DNA of 64,000 nt from Alphaproteobacteria bacterium (GTDB lineage Bacteria > Pseudomonadota > Alphaproteobacteria > UBA828): contig CBDCRW010000004.1 in the NCBI GenBank assembly GCA_965221125.1, positions 352,001 to 416,000 of the forward strand. Reading direction: 5' to 3'. The translations under genes were made by a program, and so were the position numbers. Within the stretch, counting starts at the first letter, position 1. Each line of letters opens with the position of its first letter. The notes below the pieces were generated by a model. The model did not search any database and was not told the DNA's origin. It saw only the letters and a program-made list of their open reading frames with translations. Shown in pieces: positions 10,352-19,240 of this stretch.

Positions 10352-10444
10352 GCGCCGGCGCGCGCCCGCCCGCCTTGACGGGCCGGGGCGGGAGGCGTAC
10401 TTGTGCCCCTCCCGCGCCCCCGCCAGCCGCACGGAACTCTCACA

Positions 10445-10996
10445 ATGGTCGATGTCGCGATCAAGTCCACGGACGGGCATCCGCTCGTCTTCCTGCCCAA
10501 GCACGACGGCTACGCCGACGCGTACCTCCAGCGCATCCTGCGCCGGGTCAAGACCTTCGCCATGGTCGGCGCCAGCACCCATTGGCGCCGGCCCAGCTTC
10601 TACGCCATGAAGTATCTGACCAAGAAGGGTTATCGGGTGATCCCGATCAACCCCGGACGGGCCGGCAAGACGATCCTCGGTGAGACCGTCTACGGCAGCC
10701 TCGCCGCCGTCCCCGACAAGCTCGACATGGTGGACATCTTCCGCACCTCCGAGGAAGCGCTGGATATTACCAAGGACGTGATCGCAGCGAAGGACGAAAA
10801 GGGCATCGAGGTGCTCTGGATGCAGCTCACCGTCCGCAACGACCATGCCGCGCAGCTCGCCGAAGAGGCCGGGCTCACGGTCGTCATGAACCGCTGCCCC
10901 AAGATCGAGTTCGCCCGTCTCTCGGGCGAGCTGAGCTGGAGCGGCATCAACTCGCGGATCGTATCCGCCAAGCGGGCAAGGCCCATCAACGCATGA
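10445..10996 (+). CDS. CoA-binding protein (YccU-like)
   Basis: AMVGAS, GYRVIPINP, DMVDIFR, WMQL, VMNRCPKIE; overlaps the metY start. Confidence 0.88.
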   Translation: MVDVAIKSTDGHPLVFLPKHDGYADAYLQRILRRVKTFAMVGASTHWRRPSFYAMKYLTKKGYRVIPINPGRAGKTILGETVYGSLAAVPDKLDMVDIFRTSEEALDITKDVIAAKDEKGIEVLWMQLTVRNDHAAQLAEEAGLTVVMNRCPKIEFARLSGELSWSGINSRIVSAKRARPINA

Positions 10997-12318
10997 ACGA
11001 GATGCAACCCCTCAAGACGGATGCGGCCGAGGCCGCGGCCCAGCGCGAGTACGGGATCGAGACGCTCGCGGTCCACGCCGGCGCGCGGCCCGACCCGGTC
11101 ACCGGCGCGCGGTCCACGCCGATCTACCAGACCACGTCCTTCGCCTTCGACGATGCCGACCACGCTGCCGAGCTCTTCAACCTGCAGACCTTCGGCTACA
11201 TCTATTCGCGCATCACCAACCCCACCGTGGCCGTGCTCGAGGAGCGTGTCGCGGCGCTGGAGAACGGGCGCGGCGCCGTCGCGGCATCGACCGGCCATGC
11301 GGCGCAGTTCCTGGTGGGCGCGACCCTGCTGGAGAGCGGCGACGAGTTCATCTCGTCCAACAACCTCTATGGCGGCTCGGTCACCCAGTTCGGGATCAGC
11401 TTCAAGAAGCTCGGCTGGACCTGCCATTTCGTCGACATGACCGAGCCCGAGAACATCGAGCGGGCGATGACGGACAAGGTCAAGTTCCTCTTCTGCGAGG
11501 GGCTCGCCAACCCCGGCGGCATCGTGCTCGACCTCGAGGCGATCGCCGAGGTCGCCAGGCGCCACGGCGTGCCGCTGGTCGTCGACAACACGATGGCCTC
11601 GCCCTATCTTTGCCGGCCCTTCGATCACGGCGCCGATCTCGTGCTCCACTCGACCACGAAGTTCATCGGCGGCCACGGCAACACCATGGGCGGCATGGTC
11701 GTGGAATCCGGCCGCTTCGACTGGTGGCAAAACGACAAGTTCCCGAGCATGACGAAGCCGGATCCGGCCTACCACGGCCTCACCTTCGCCGAGACATTCG
11801 GCGATTTCGGCTTCACCATGAAGATGCGCGCCGTGGCGCTCCGCGACTACGGCCCCTGCATGGCGGCGCAGGCGGCGTGGAACCTGCTGCAGGGCGTGGA
11901 GACGCTGCCGCTCCGCATGGAGCGCCATTGCTCCAACGCGCTCGCGGTCGCCCGCTACCTGGAGGGCCACCCCAAGGTCTCCTGGGTCTCCTACGCCGGG
12001 CTGGAATCGAACCGCTACTACGAGCTTGCCCGGAAATACCTGCCGCGCGGCGCCGGCGCCGTCTTCACCTTCGGCGTCAAGGGCGGCTACGAGGCCGGCC
12101 TCAAGGTGGTGGACAAGGTGAACATGTTCTCGCATCTCGCCAACATCGGCGACACGCGGAGCCTCATCATCCACCCGGCATCCACCACGCACCGCCAGCT
12201 CACCGACGAGCAGAAGGTCAAGGCCGGCGCCGGGCCGGACGTGGTGCGGCTCTCCATCGGCATCGAGAGCATCGACGACATCATCGACGACCTCGACCAG
12301 GCTCTCGATCAAGCCTGA
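10993..12318 (+). CDS. metY: O-acetylhomoserine/O-acetylserine sulfhydrylase (PLP-dependent)
   Basis: TPIYQTTSF, YSRITNPT, HSTTKFIGGHG (PLP Lys), HLANIGD, HPASTTH. Confidence 0.92.
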   Translation: MNEMQPLKTDAAEAAAQREYGIETLAVHAGARPDPVTGARSTPIYQTTSFAFDDADHAAELFNLQTFGYIYSRITNPTVAVLEERVAALENGRGAVAASTGHAAQFLVGATLLESGDEFISSNNLYGGSVTQFGISFKKLGWTCHFVDMTEPENIERAMTDKVKFLFCEGLANPGGIVLDLEAIAEVARRHGVPLVVDNTMASPYLCRPFDHGADLVLHSTTKFIGGHGNTMGGMVVESGRFDWWQNDKFPSMTKPDPAYHGLTFAETFGDFGFTMKMRAVALRDYGPCMAAQAAWNLLQGVETLPLRMERHCSNALAVARYLEGHPKVSWVSYAGLESNRYYELARKYLPRGAGAVFTFGVKGGYEAGLKVVDKVNMFSHLANIGDTRSLIIHPASTTHRQLTDEQKVKAGAGPDVVRLSIGIESIDDIIDDLDQALDQA

Positions 12319-12372
12319 CGGACCCGTCTTGCCTACATTTGGGGTAACGCCGGCGCCGTTCGGGCGGCAGGC

Positions 12373-13122
12373 TCATTCTTGCCGCTGTGTCGGTGCGCTT
12401 GCGCGCTCGCGGGCGGCGAGCAGGCCGCGGCAGAGCGCGCCGTTGAACTCCATGGCGATGCGGACGCTGCCGAGCGTGCGCAGGTGCTCGTCGAAGCCCG
12501 CCTCGCTGAGCGGCGCGCCCCCGGCCGCCACGAACGCCGGTGCATCCGGGCCGGCCGGGCCGCCGACGCGGGCTCTCATCTCCAGGTAGCGGCGCTTCAG
12601 CCCGGCGCCCTCGGCCCCGGCGACGGCGGTGCCTTCCAGCGCTTGCATGGTCATCGCAGCCAGCGCGGCCTTGTCGAGCCCTTGCGCCAGCAGCGCGCGC
12701 AGCAGCGCCTCCTGCCGCCCTTGGAACGCCTTGCGTTGAAAGGTCGTGCGCAGGTTCGTGAGCGACTCGTCCTCGCCCGCTTCGCCGAAGGCTGCGCCGA
12801 ACTCGAGGCCTTGCGCCACGCCCCGGTTGACCTGCTCGGCGCACATGTGCGCGTGCAGGCGGGGGACGACGCCGGTCACCCAGGGCAGCGCGGAGACCGC
12901 GTCCCGCATGTCCTCGGCCATCATGTAGGCGAAGTTCGCGGCGCACCAGTAGGTCGGCAGGCGGAAGTCGATGGCGACGGCGCCGTCCGCGCCGACCGAC
13001 ACGCCCTCGACGAAGCCGAGGTCGGTCACCGGCTCGTCGAGCTCGGGGTCGGTGACCGTTGCGAGCCGCGCCAGGACCTCCGCTTCGCGGCCTGCGTCGT
13101 TCACGCCTTCCGGCCCACTCAC
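12373..13122 (-). CDS. DUF59/PaaD-like metal-sulfur cluster assembly protein with a C-terminal extension
   Basis: VTDPELDEPVTDLGFV and RLPTYWCAANF; C-terminal EFNGALCRGLL. Confidence 0.8.
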   Translation of the reverse strand: MSGPEGVNDAGREAEVLARLATVTDPELDEPVTDLGFVEGVSVGADGAVAIDFRLPTYWCAANFAYMMAEDMRDAVSALPWVTGVVPRLHAHMCAEQVNRGVAQGLEFGAAFGEAGEDESLTNLRTTFQRKAFQGRQEALLRALLAQGLDKAALAAMTMQALEGTAVAGAEGAGLKRRYLEMRARVGGPAGPDAPAFVAAGGAPLSEAGFDEHLRTLGSVRIAMEFNGALCRGLLAARERASAPTQRQE

Positions 13123-13132
13123 AGCGTGCGTC

Positions 13133-14131
13133 CTAGCTCCAGAGCTTGGCCTTGGCCGCGTCGATGTCGATGTCGTAGAGCCGTGCGGCGTTGAGCCCGA
13201 GGATCTTCTTCTTCACCTCCGGCGTCAGGTCCACGCCGCGCTCCTGCTTGATGTCGTCGGGCAGCTCGAAGCTCCAGAACTTCTCCACCAGCCACTTCGG
13301 CGTCCAGATGGCGTAGTCGCTGGCGAAGGTGAGCTTGTCCTCGCCTACCCAGAAGAGGAGCTCCGCGATCACCTCCGCGAAGTAGCGCGGGCGCGCGTGC
13401 ATGAACGGCATGACGACCGCGAGCCCGCCCCAGACGTTCGCCTCCTGCACGGCGATCCAGCAGAAGTCGTCGAGGCGCGGCAGCCCCACGTGCTCGACGA
13501 TGAAGTTGAGGTTGGGGAAGTCCGTCGCCGCGTAGTCCACGTCGTGGCAGTCGAAGGCGTCCTTGGCCAGCGGCGTGATGGTCGGCCCCTTGTGGACGTG
13601 CATGTTGGTGATGCCGAGCTTCTCGCAGAGCTCGAAGCAGCGGTACGCCTCGGTGTCGTTGAGCCGCCAGCCACGCGAGGCGCCGCGCCATTCCGCCGTG
13701 TAGAGCTTCACGCCCCTGATGCCGTAGGTCTCCTTCAGCGCATGGATGTTCTCCAGCGCCGCCGTGCCCTCGCGCGGATCGAACGAGCCGTTGAGGACGA
13801 AGCGGTCCGGGTGCGCCTGCGTGATGACGGCGTTCTGCTCGGTGGTGTTGAAGCCCTCGATGTAGAATTCCTTGAGGTAGGTCGGCTGGATGATCGCCAT
13901 GTCCACCGGCCCGTCGACGAAGAGGTCGTTGACCATCGTCTCCGCGTCGTACTTCTCGAACTTCTCCTTCGGCCAGACCTCCTGCTCGGGGCTGAGCGCG
14001 CTGTGGTAGGCGTAGAAGCAGTCGATGAACTGCTTGCCGTGGACGTTGCGCTGGTTGGCCGGCGCTGCATCCCAGAAGTGGGTGTGCCCATCGACGATGA
14101 ACAGCTCCTCCCCGTCGCTGGTCCTGTACAT
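13133..14131 (-). CDS. Amidohydrolase_2 family protein (type found in prm/SDIMO clusters)
   Basis: DGHTHFWD, GVKLYTAEW, HVHKGP, VEHVG, FASDYAIW. Confidence 0.85.
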   Translation of the reverse strand: MYRTSDGEELFIVDGHTHFWDAAPANQRNVHGKQFIDCFYAYHSALSPEQEVWPKEKFEKYDAETMVNDLFVDGPVDMAIIQPTYLKEFYIEGFNTTEQNAVITQAHPDRFVLNGSFDPREGTAALENIHALKETYGIRGVKLYTAEWRGASRGWRLNDTEAYRCFELCEKLGITNMHVHKGPTITPLAKDAFDCHDVDYAATDFPNLNFIVEHVGLPRLDDFCWIAVQEANVWGGLAVVMPFMHARPRYFAEVIAELLFWVGEDKLTFASDYAIWTPKWLVEKFWSFELPDDIKQERGVDLTPEVKKKILGLNAARLYDIDIDAAKAKLWS

Positions 14132-14298
14132 CACGTGCTCCCTTCGGCTGCGACCGAGGGCGAGGGTAGCCGGGCCAGCGCCAAACACAAGGCGGGATGC
14201 GAGCACGGTGCGCCATGGTGTGGTCAGGCGCGATATGGCGTGGCGGCAACGGCGCTGATAAGCTGACGGCAGCGCGGAACGAGAGGGGGGATCCGGGA

Positions 14299-15003
14299 AT
14301 GGCCGAGCGCATGGTGGACCTGACGTTGACGCTCACCGACAACATGCCGGCGCACAAACTGTTTCAGCGCCCGGTCATCGTTCCCCACTACACCCACGAG
14401 CAGACCCGCGAGCAGTTCTTCCTTGGCGTCGAGGACGACCGGCTCTCCTTCGCCACCACCTACATGGGCATGATCGACCACATCGGCACCCACGTGGACG
14501 CCTTCTACCACGTCAATCCCGAGGGCGCGTCGGTGGACCGGATGCCGCTCGACATGTTCATGGGCAAGGCGGTCTGCTGGGATCTCACGTACATCCCCGA
14601 TCTCGGCGACATCGACGTGGGCGACTTCGAGGCGGCGGAGGAGAAGGGCGGCGTCAAGGTGGACGGCCACATCGTGCTGCTCAACACGGGGCTTCACAAC
14701 CGCCACTACCCGGACGTGAAATCGGTATGGAGCAACCCCGGCATCACTGAGGCGGCGACTCACTGGCTCGCCGACCGGGGCTCCAAGCTGCACGGCGTCG
14801 AAGGCCCGTCCACCGACAAGCCGTCCGACAACCTCTTCCCCAACCACCGGGTCTGCCGCGACCGCGGCATCGCCCATTACGAGTGGCTCATCAACCTCGA
14901 GGAACTGGCGGGCAAGGGCGAGTTCATGTTCTACGGGCCGCCGATCAAGATCGGCAACGGCAGCGGCGCGCCGGTCCGCGCCTGGGCGATCCTCGACGAA
15001 TAG
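14299..15003 (+). CDS. Cyclase family (kynurenine formamidase/isatin hydrolase-like) metallohydrolase
   Basis: HIGTHVDAFYH, HYEWLINL and GSGAPVRAWA motifs. Confidence 0.87.
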   Translation: MAERMVDLTLTLTDNMPAHKLFQRPVIVPHYTHEQTREQFFLGVEDDRLSFATTYMGMIDHIGTHVDAFYHVNPEGASVDRMPLDMFMGKAVCWDLTYIPDLGDIDVGDFEAAEEKGGVKVDGHIVLLNTGLHNRHYPDVKSVWSNPGITEAATHWLADRGSKLHGVEGPSTDKPSDNLFPNHRVCRDRGIAHYEWLINLEELAGKGEFMFYGPPIKIGNGSGAPVRAWAILDE

Positions 15004-15035
15004 GCTGTCCGCGCTCGGCGACGGGTGAGGCGCCG

Positions 15036-16109
15036 GTGACCCGCATCGATGACCGCTCCATCGACGAGCGGATTCCCATCACGCTGCTGACGGGTTTCCT
15101 GGGTGCCGGCAAGACCACGCTGGTCAACCGGCTGCTCAGCGCGCCGGATGCCGGCAAGATCGCGGTCATCGTCAACGAGTTCGGCGAGATCGGGATCGAC
15201 GGCGACCTCATCGCCCGCGCCAGCGAGGACATGCTAGAGCTCACCAACGGCTGCATCTGCTGCGCCGCCCAGGGCGACCTGATGGAAGGGCTCAACCGGC
15301 TCTTCCTGCGCAAGGTGGCCCTCGCCGAGCCGCAGGTGGACTTCGACAAGATCGTGATCGAGACCACGGGGATCGCCGATCCCTCGCCGCTGGCCCGGCT
15401 CTTCTACACCGACATGAAGCTCGACCTCACCTTCCGCCTGGACGCGGTGCTGACGGTGGTCGACCTCAAGCACGTGACGGGCCAGATCGCGCGATCGCCG
15501 GAGGCGGAGAAGCAGATCGCCATCGCCGACAAGCTGATCTTCAACAAGCGTGACCTGGTGGACGACGAGCAGTTCGCCGCGGCCGTGGCGGCGGTCGAGC
15601 GCCTCAACCCCTTCTCGGTCAAGGAGGTCACCACGCACGGCGCGCTCCCTGTCGACCGCCTGCTGGACCTCGACCTGTTCGAGCCAAAGCGCCGGGACGA
15701 CATGCTGGGCGCCTGGATCGGCGCCGACCGGCCCGCTGCCGCCGGCCACGCCCACGACGACCATGAGCACACGCCGGGCGTCGGCGCCGTCTGCCTGCAG
15801 GGCCGCGAGGCGCTGGAGTGGAACGCGCTGCTTCGCTTCTTCCTGGAGCTCACGCAGGAGAAGGGCGAGGACCTCTTCCGCGTGAAGGGCATGGTGCATT
15901 TCCAGAATGTCGACAAGCCGGTCATCATCCAGGGCGTGCAGGCCACCTTCAGCCCGCCGACCTACGCCGAATCGTGGCCGCGCGGCGAGGCCGAGACGCG
16001 CATCGTGGTCATCGGCCGCGACCTCGACGCGGCGGACATGCAGGCGCGCTTCGCGGCCTGCGTCGCCCGGCGGCAGACGGTGCTCGACCGCGGCCTCGGC
16101 GCCATCTGA
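15036..16109 (+). CDS. COG0523/CobW-family G3E metallochaperone GTPase
   Basis: GFLGAGKT, NEFGE, GCICC, ETTG, NKRD, His-rich linker, RVKG. Confidence 0.9.
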   Translation: MTRIDDRSIDERIPITLLTGFLGAGKTTLVNRLLSAPDAGKIAVIVNEFGEIGIDGDLIARASEDMLELTNGCICCAAQGDLMEGLNRLFLRKVALAEPQVDFDKIVIETTGIADPSPLARLFYTDMKLDLTFRLDAVLTVVDLKHVTGQIARSPEAEKQIAIADKLIFNKRDLVDDEQFAAAVAAVERLNPFSVKEVTTHGALPVDRLLDLDLFEPKRRDDMLGAWIGADRPAAAGHAHDDHEHTPGVGAVCLQGREALEWNALLRFFLELTQEKGEDLFRVKGMVHFQNVDKPVIIQGVQATFSPPTYAESWPRGEAETRIVVIGRDLDAADMQARFAACVARRQTVLDRGLGAI

Positions 16110-16134
16110 ACGGGCACCTGAACGGGAGTGCGCG

Positions 16135-17529
16135 ATGAGCTTCGCCTACATGACGGCGCTCGAACTCAAGGGCCTGCTGAGGGCAGGAAGCGTCTCGCCG
16201 GTGGAGCTGGTGGAGGACACGCTCGCCCGGCAGGAGGCGCTGGAGCCCCAGATCAACGCCTTCGTCAACCGCACGCCCGAGCAGGCGCTCACTGCGGCGC
16301 GCGAGGCGGAGCACGCGATTGCGGCTGGCGAGGGCGGCGCGATCGCGGGCCTGCCCATCTCGGTCAAGGACCTCGTGGCGGTCGCCGGCGTGCCCTGGAC
16401 CTTCGGCTCCCGGCCCTTCGCCGATAACGTGCCCGACTTCGACGCGCCCTCGGTGGAGCGGGTGAGACAGGCCGGCGGCTGCATCGTCGGCAAGTCCACC
16501 ACCAGCGAGTTCGGCTGCAAGGCGGTCACCGACAGCCCGCTCACCGGCATCACCCGCAACCCGTGGAACCTGGCGAAGACTCCCGGCGGCTCCAGCGGCG
16601 GCGGCGCCGCGAGCGTGGCCGCCGGGCTCACCCCGTTCGCCGTCTGCACCGACGGCGGCGGCTCCATCCGCATCCCGTCGGCGCTCTGCGGCCTCTTCGG
16701 CATCAAGGCGCAATTCGGCCGGGTGCCGCTCTTCCCGGTTCCGGCGGCGCCGACGCTCTCCCATGTCGGCTCCGTCGCACGGACGGTGCGGGACGCAGCC
16801 CTCCTGCTCGGCGTCATGGCGGGCCACGACCGCCGCGACCCCTTCGGCGTCGCCGAGCCGGTGCCGGATTTTCTCGCCGCGTGCGACGATGGCGTCGAGG
16901 GCCTGCGCATCGCCTGGAGTCCCACCCTCGGCTACGCCACGCCCGATCCCGAGGTCGCCCGGCTCTGCGAGGCCGCCGCCAGGCGCTTCGAGGCGCTGGG
17001 CTGCACCGTGGAGCTGGTCGAAGACGCCCTCGGCGACGATCCGGTCGAGCTCTGGATGGCGGAATTTTATGGCGGCATCGGCACCAAGCTGAAGGACCTG
17101 ATGGCCGAGCGGGCGGACGAGCTGGATTCCGCCGTCGTGGCGACGCTGAGCGCCGGGCTCGGCGCCTCGGTGGTGGAGTTCTTCACCCAGGTCTTCGCCC
17201 GCTACGAGTTCCGCGAGCGGATGCGCCAGCTCTTCGAGCGCTACGACCTGCTGCTTTCGCCGACGCTGCCGTGCGCCGCCTTCGACGTGGGCTGCGACAC
17301 ACCGCCCGGTCACGAGGCCCGCAATATCGTCTCGTGGGTCTACTACACCTACCCGTTCAACCTGACCGGCCAGCCGGCGGCCTCGATTCCGGCGGGCTTC
17401 ACCGCAGCCGGGCTCCCGGTCGGCCTGCAGATGGTAGCGGGCATCAACCGCGAGGTGGACATTCTGCGCGCCGCAGCGGCGTTCGAGGAAGCGGCGCCCT
17501 GGGCGGACAGGCGGCCGCCGCTCGCCTGA
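16135..17529 (+). CDS. Amidase-signature family amidase
   Basis: ISVKD, GGSSGG, TDGGGSIRIP. Confidence 0.92.
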   Translation: MSFAYMTALELKGLLRAGSVSPVELVEDTLARQEALEPQINAFVNRTPEQALTAAREAEHAIAAGEGGAIAGLPISVKDLVAVAGVPWTFGSRPFADNVPDFDAPSVERVRQAGGCIVGKSTTSEFGCKAVTDSPLTGITRNPWNLAKTPGGSSGGGAASVAAGLTPFAVCTDGGGSIRIPSALCGLFGIKAQFGRVPLFPVPAAPTLSHVGSVARTVRDAALLLGVMAGHDRRDPFGVAEPVPDFLAACDDGVEGLRIAWSPTLGYATPDPEVARLCEAAARRFEALGCTVELVEDALGDDPVELWMAEFYGGIGTKLKDLMAERADELDSAVVATLSAGLGASVVEFFTQVFARYEFRERMRQLFERYDLLLSPTLPCAAFDVGCDTPPGHEARNIVSWVYYTYPFNLTGQPAASIPAGFTAAGLPVGLQMVAGINREVDILRAAAAFEEAAPWADRRPPLA

Positions 17530-17565
17530 CCCGACACCCCGCGGCGCATAACGAGGGAGGCGGCG

Positions 17566-18252
17566 ATGCCGCTGGACGACAAGGTTCGCGAGGCGCTGGA
17601 TACCATCTTCTCCGGCGATTCAGGGCTCTACCAGCAGCGTGGCTGGAACCAGCGCTCTGGCTACGGCACCCGGCCCGCGCTCCTCAACATCGACCTCGCC
17701 AACGCCTGGACCCGGCCCGGCCACCGCTTCTCCTGCGAGGACATGGACGAGCGCATCATCCCCGGCGTGCAACGCCTGCTTGCCGCAGCCCGCGCCAAAA
17801 AGGTGCCCATCGTCTACACCACCACCGCCTTCTGCAGCCGCTTCGACATGGGCGCCTATCCGCTGAAAAAACCCTTCGAGGATCTGATTCAGGGCACGGA
17901 GGCGACCGAGATCGACGACCGCGTGCCGCTGGAGGAAGGCGTGGACACGCTGATCGTGAAGAAGCGCCCGAGCGCCTTCGCCGGCACCCACCTCGGCGGC
18001 ATCCTGCGCGCCGGCGGCATCGACACGCTGATCTGCACCGGTGTCACCATGGCGAGCTGCGTGCGCCACACGGTGGAGGACGCGCTGGGCGAGGGCTTCC
18101 GCACCGTCATCGTGCGCGAATGCGTGGGCGACCGCGTGCCCGCCGCCATCGAGTGGAACCTGTTCGACCTCGACATGAAGTACTGCGACGTCGAGCCGCT
18201 GGAGAACGTGCTGGCCTACCTGAACGGCCTGGAGCCGTTCGAGGTTGGCTAA
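17566..18252 (+). CDS. Isochorismatase-family cysteine hydrolase (N-carbamoylsarcosine/maleamate amidase-like)
   Basis: ALLNID, KKRPSAF and GVTMASCVRHT provide the D-K-C triad. Confidence 0.88.
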   Translation: MPLDDKVREALDTIFSGDSGLYQQRGWNQRSGYGTRPALLNIDLANAWTRPGHRFSCEDMDERIIPGVQRLLAAARAKKVPIVYTTTAFCSRFDMGAYPLKKPFEDLIQGTEATEIDDRVPLEEGVDTLIVKKRPSAFAGTHLGGILRAGGIDTLICTGVTMASCVRHTVEDALGEGFRTVIVRECVGDRVPAAIEWNLFDLDMKYCDVEPLENVLAYLNGLEPFEVG

Positions 18253-18932
18253 GTCTTAACGCCACCCGTCAGCGGGACGAAGGCCACGGGGAGCACCGTC
18301 GTCGTCTCGCACGAGCCGTCGCCGCGCTTGCGGATGCGCTCAAGGCTCTGGGTCGTGGCGGCACGCCCGACCGGGATCAGCAGGCAGGCGCCGGGCTTGA
18401 GCTGATCCACCAGCGCCGGCGGCACCGAGGGCGCGGCGGCGGTGACGATAATGCCGTCGTAGGGCGCGTGCTCGGGCCAGCCGTCGCGGCCGTCGCCTGC
18501 ACGCACCGTGGCCGCCGCGTAGCCGAGCGCCGCGAGCCGCGCCGCCGCCGCCGTCGCCAGCGGCTCGACGACCTCGACCGAATGGACCCTCGCACCCAGC
18601 GCGCAGAGCACGGCGGTCTGGTAGCCGCAGCCGGTGCCGATCTCCAGGATGCGGGCGCCAGGCTCGACGTCGAGCAGCTCCGTCATCAGGGCGACGATGT
18701 AGGGTTGCGAGATGGTCTGGCCGTGGCCGATGGGGAGCGGCCGGTTCTCGTAGGCGAACGCCGCCTCGCTCTCGGGTACGAAGGCTTCGCGCGGCACGCT
18801 CCGCATGGCCTCCATCACGGCGTCGGCGAAGACCGGCCGCCCCGTGAGCGCGCCGGTCTCCCGCGCGTCCCGTGCGATCGCGTCGAGCATGGTGTCTGCG
18901 GTCGCGCTCGCTCCCAGCAAGTGGCGCAGCAT
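18249..18932 (-). CDS. pcm: Protein-L-isoaspartate O-methyltransferase
   Basis: GQTISQPY, LEIGTGCGYQ, APYDGIIVTAA, FVPL. Confidence 0.9.
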   Translation of the reverse strand: MLRHLLGASATADTMLDAIARDARETGALTGRPVFADAVMEAMRSVPREAFVPESEAAFAYENRPLPIGHGQTISQPYIVALMTELLDVEPGARILEIGTGCGYQTAVLCALGARVHSVEVVEPLATAAAARLAALGYAAATVRAGDGRDGWPEHAPYDGIIVTAAAPSVPPALVDQLKPGACLLIPVGRAATTQSLERIRKRGDGSCETTTVLPVAFVPLTGGVKT

Positions 18933-18995
18933 CTTCCGCGCGTGCTCCCTCTCGGGTCCGGTCAGGATCGCACAGTCCCGCCCGGCTCGCCACGC

Positions 18996-19140
18996 GCCTG
19001 GAGTGTTTCCGTTTTGGACGGAAACACTCCAGGCATTTTTCGCTCACGGCCGCCGGCCTCTGGCCGGCGCCTCCGCGAGGGCGCCGCATTCGCGGCGGGC
19101 CGCGGTCGCGGCCTGTCGCGCGTCCGTCAGGACGCGCTCC
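18996..19140 (+). repeat. Multi-hairpin dispersed element, copy A
   Basis: 17-bp perfect stem at 18996-19034 plus further hairpins; homologous to reverse-strand copies at 25949 and 53451. Confidence 0.9.
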
Positions 19141-19240
19141 CGCAAGCACGCCTGCAATCGACCCCGCAGCGTGCTAAACCCCGCGCAGGCGTCTGGCGCC
19201 GCCCTCCCACCTTGGTGAGCGACGACGAGCGACGGTGAGC

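Noticed and set aside
10352-10445. SAM riboswitch upstream of the CoA-binding/metY operon
   Set aside because: The intergenic region is short and shows no recognisable SAM-I, SAM-II or SAM-SAH motif.
18996-19140. tRNA or simple rho-independent terminator
   Set aside because: There is no tRNA cloverleaf or T-loop consensus. Homology extends about 100 bp past the hairpin, and this copy has no upstream same-strand gene to terminate.
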